Below, piece by piece: positions 62,324 through 64,000 of a stretch of DNA of 64,000 nt. The position numbers were made by a program, and so were the translations under genes. Position 1 is the first letter of the stretch. Every line of letters begins with the position of its first letter. A model generated the notes under the pieces. That model saw nothing but the letters and a program-made list of their open reading frames with translations. It did not search any database and was not told the DNA's origin. The stretch lies in NCBI GenBank assembly GCA_030390025.1, contig CM059425.1, positions 165,170,001-165,234,000 of the forward strand. The letters run 5' to 3'. The stretch is from Squalus acanthias. Its lineage: Eukaryota.

Positions 62324-64000
62324 TCCCAAGTGTCTGAACCGCATGTACGTTTTTGGTGGAGTAACCTCTTTTTGTCGGTCGATTAAGGTTCAAATGCCGT
62401 TCCTTTCAATTTAAAGCATATATAGCGTGACACGATGCACGGTACAATCTAACAGTAGTTAAAGATTTTTTGGGTTATTTTTGCAAGTTTCATATGAACA
62501 CACTATTTAGCATACTCTATTTTACTTTCAGTTAAATTCTGAAAATTAAATTGATTGCTCATGAAAAAAATATCCTTTAGAAACACAGAAGGCCAGACAG
62601 ATAGACAGATGGAAAGTATTCATTTTAATTGGGAAATTGAATAAGAAAGTTAAATAAAGTGAACATCTCTCAGATTTCAGTGACCAATTCTGTTCTTTCA
62701 ACTCAAAAATGAACAACATAACCAACAATATAATACATCTATAACAAGGAAAATAAATGTATCTATTACCAGTCTAAAAGAGGTATGAATAATATATTTT
62801 AATCCTGAAAATTAACATTGAATATATGGCTGGGAATCTCTTTCTGAAGTTCAACAGCATTACTTGTAGGAGATATAAAACAGTCAGAGCTTTACTGAGT
62901 ATCAAAACAAGAAGTTTTATACATAGGGACTAATAAATTGAGTTTGGATGAAGAAAATATAACAAAATGCTGATACATGAAATAAGTCCAAGTACCAGTT
63001 TAATTAAAAGTTTTTAGAAGTTTTAAAAAGTTTTTAAAATGTAATTTCAATGGAAGAGACTGAAAGAAGTTTCTGTGGGTGTGGCTTAGTTTTGACAGAT
63101 TTTGTGGGCGTGTCTTCCCTTACGCATAGGCTGTACGCTGCGCTCCTGGCCTTCCTGATGTCATATGCTGCACAGACCTCTGCAGTGCAGAAGAGCAAGT
63201 CTCCATTCTGGGCCTCGCACGAGGTAAGTATATATTCCTTTTGTAGGTCGACGGCGTACTCCGTAGCTACGTTGCCGACCGCAATTTTTAGGCCATTAAA
63301 TCGTCTCTTTTTTCAGGTACTGATGGATGTGCTTTGTAATTTCAGGGAATTCTATTATTACCATTTAATCATAGGGGGAAAAATTCGTGTTCGCCAGCAA
63401 AGTTGCTGGTGTCACCGGCAACTGCAGTTAACGGCTGCTGGAAATAGCCGCAACGCTAAGCGAGTGAAATTGGTCTGGGGGGCATGGAGATAGGTGGTGC
63501 AGCGTTCACCTTCCATGCAACGCCGTCCTGGTGGCGTTGCTGGAGGAATCCGGGACGAAGTTTCTATCCAGATGCGGCATTGCAGCTTCCCACAGCCTCT
63601 GAGTGAAGCTGTGGAGCTCGCAAGGAGTTGTGGGTAATGAAGAGGTCTGAGGATTAAAGGGGCCAGGCACACGGAAGCAATTCAAAATAAAATGTAGTGA
63701 CTCAATACATTTTTCAGCACTTTCTGCCTTTTAAAAAATATTCAACATTTAAAAGAAGTTCCAAATGCGAATATTCAGCTGTTAAAGCTGAATTATCTTC
63801 CTAACCTCAACAGATGGGAAAACTACTTCAGCACTAACACAAATGGCTCACCAAGCCAGGGAAGGGGCACCGAGGGTCTGACACACAGCACTCCAGTTTT
63901 GTGCAGGGGTCAACACTGCAAAAGCAGTCCTCTACCCACAGGGGCCAGGAGGCCCTCCAGAAAGAACGATGTAGGACCAGATCACTAAGGCTGTCACTGC

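Overview
Repeat-dense vertebrate genomic DNA, most likely a cartilaginous fish (shark). This is inferred from CR1/HER1-type LINEs, an HE1-type V-SINE, Deu-domain SINEs and Penelope-like elements. It reads as intronic sequence with a few candidate + strand host exons. The centrepiece is a complete 4.1-kb PIF/Harbinger transposon (22725-26825, TTA TSD). It carries an intact 386-aa DDE transposase and a convergent three-exon Myb/SANT-like gene broken only by a 1-nt frameshift in a G10 run. Two near-identical ~0.9-kb non-autonomous relatives, a second decayed full-length Harbinger, several older Harbinger remnants and many MITEs surround it. The window also holds a Penelope-like element (RT + GIY-YIG) with a pLTR-like tandem, several minimal dimer-type hammerhead ribozyme motifs (one is a 96-bp insert with an 11-bp TSD), deep LINE/SINE nesting, and two multi-kb intervals bounded by matching TIRs and TSDs. 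No CRISPR, rRNA or prokaryotic features were seen. Coordinates were read by eye, and family names come from motif recognition, not database searches.
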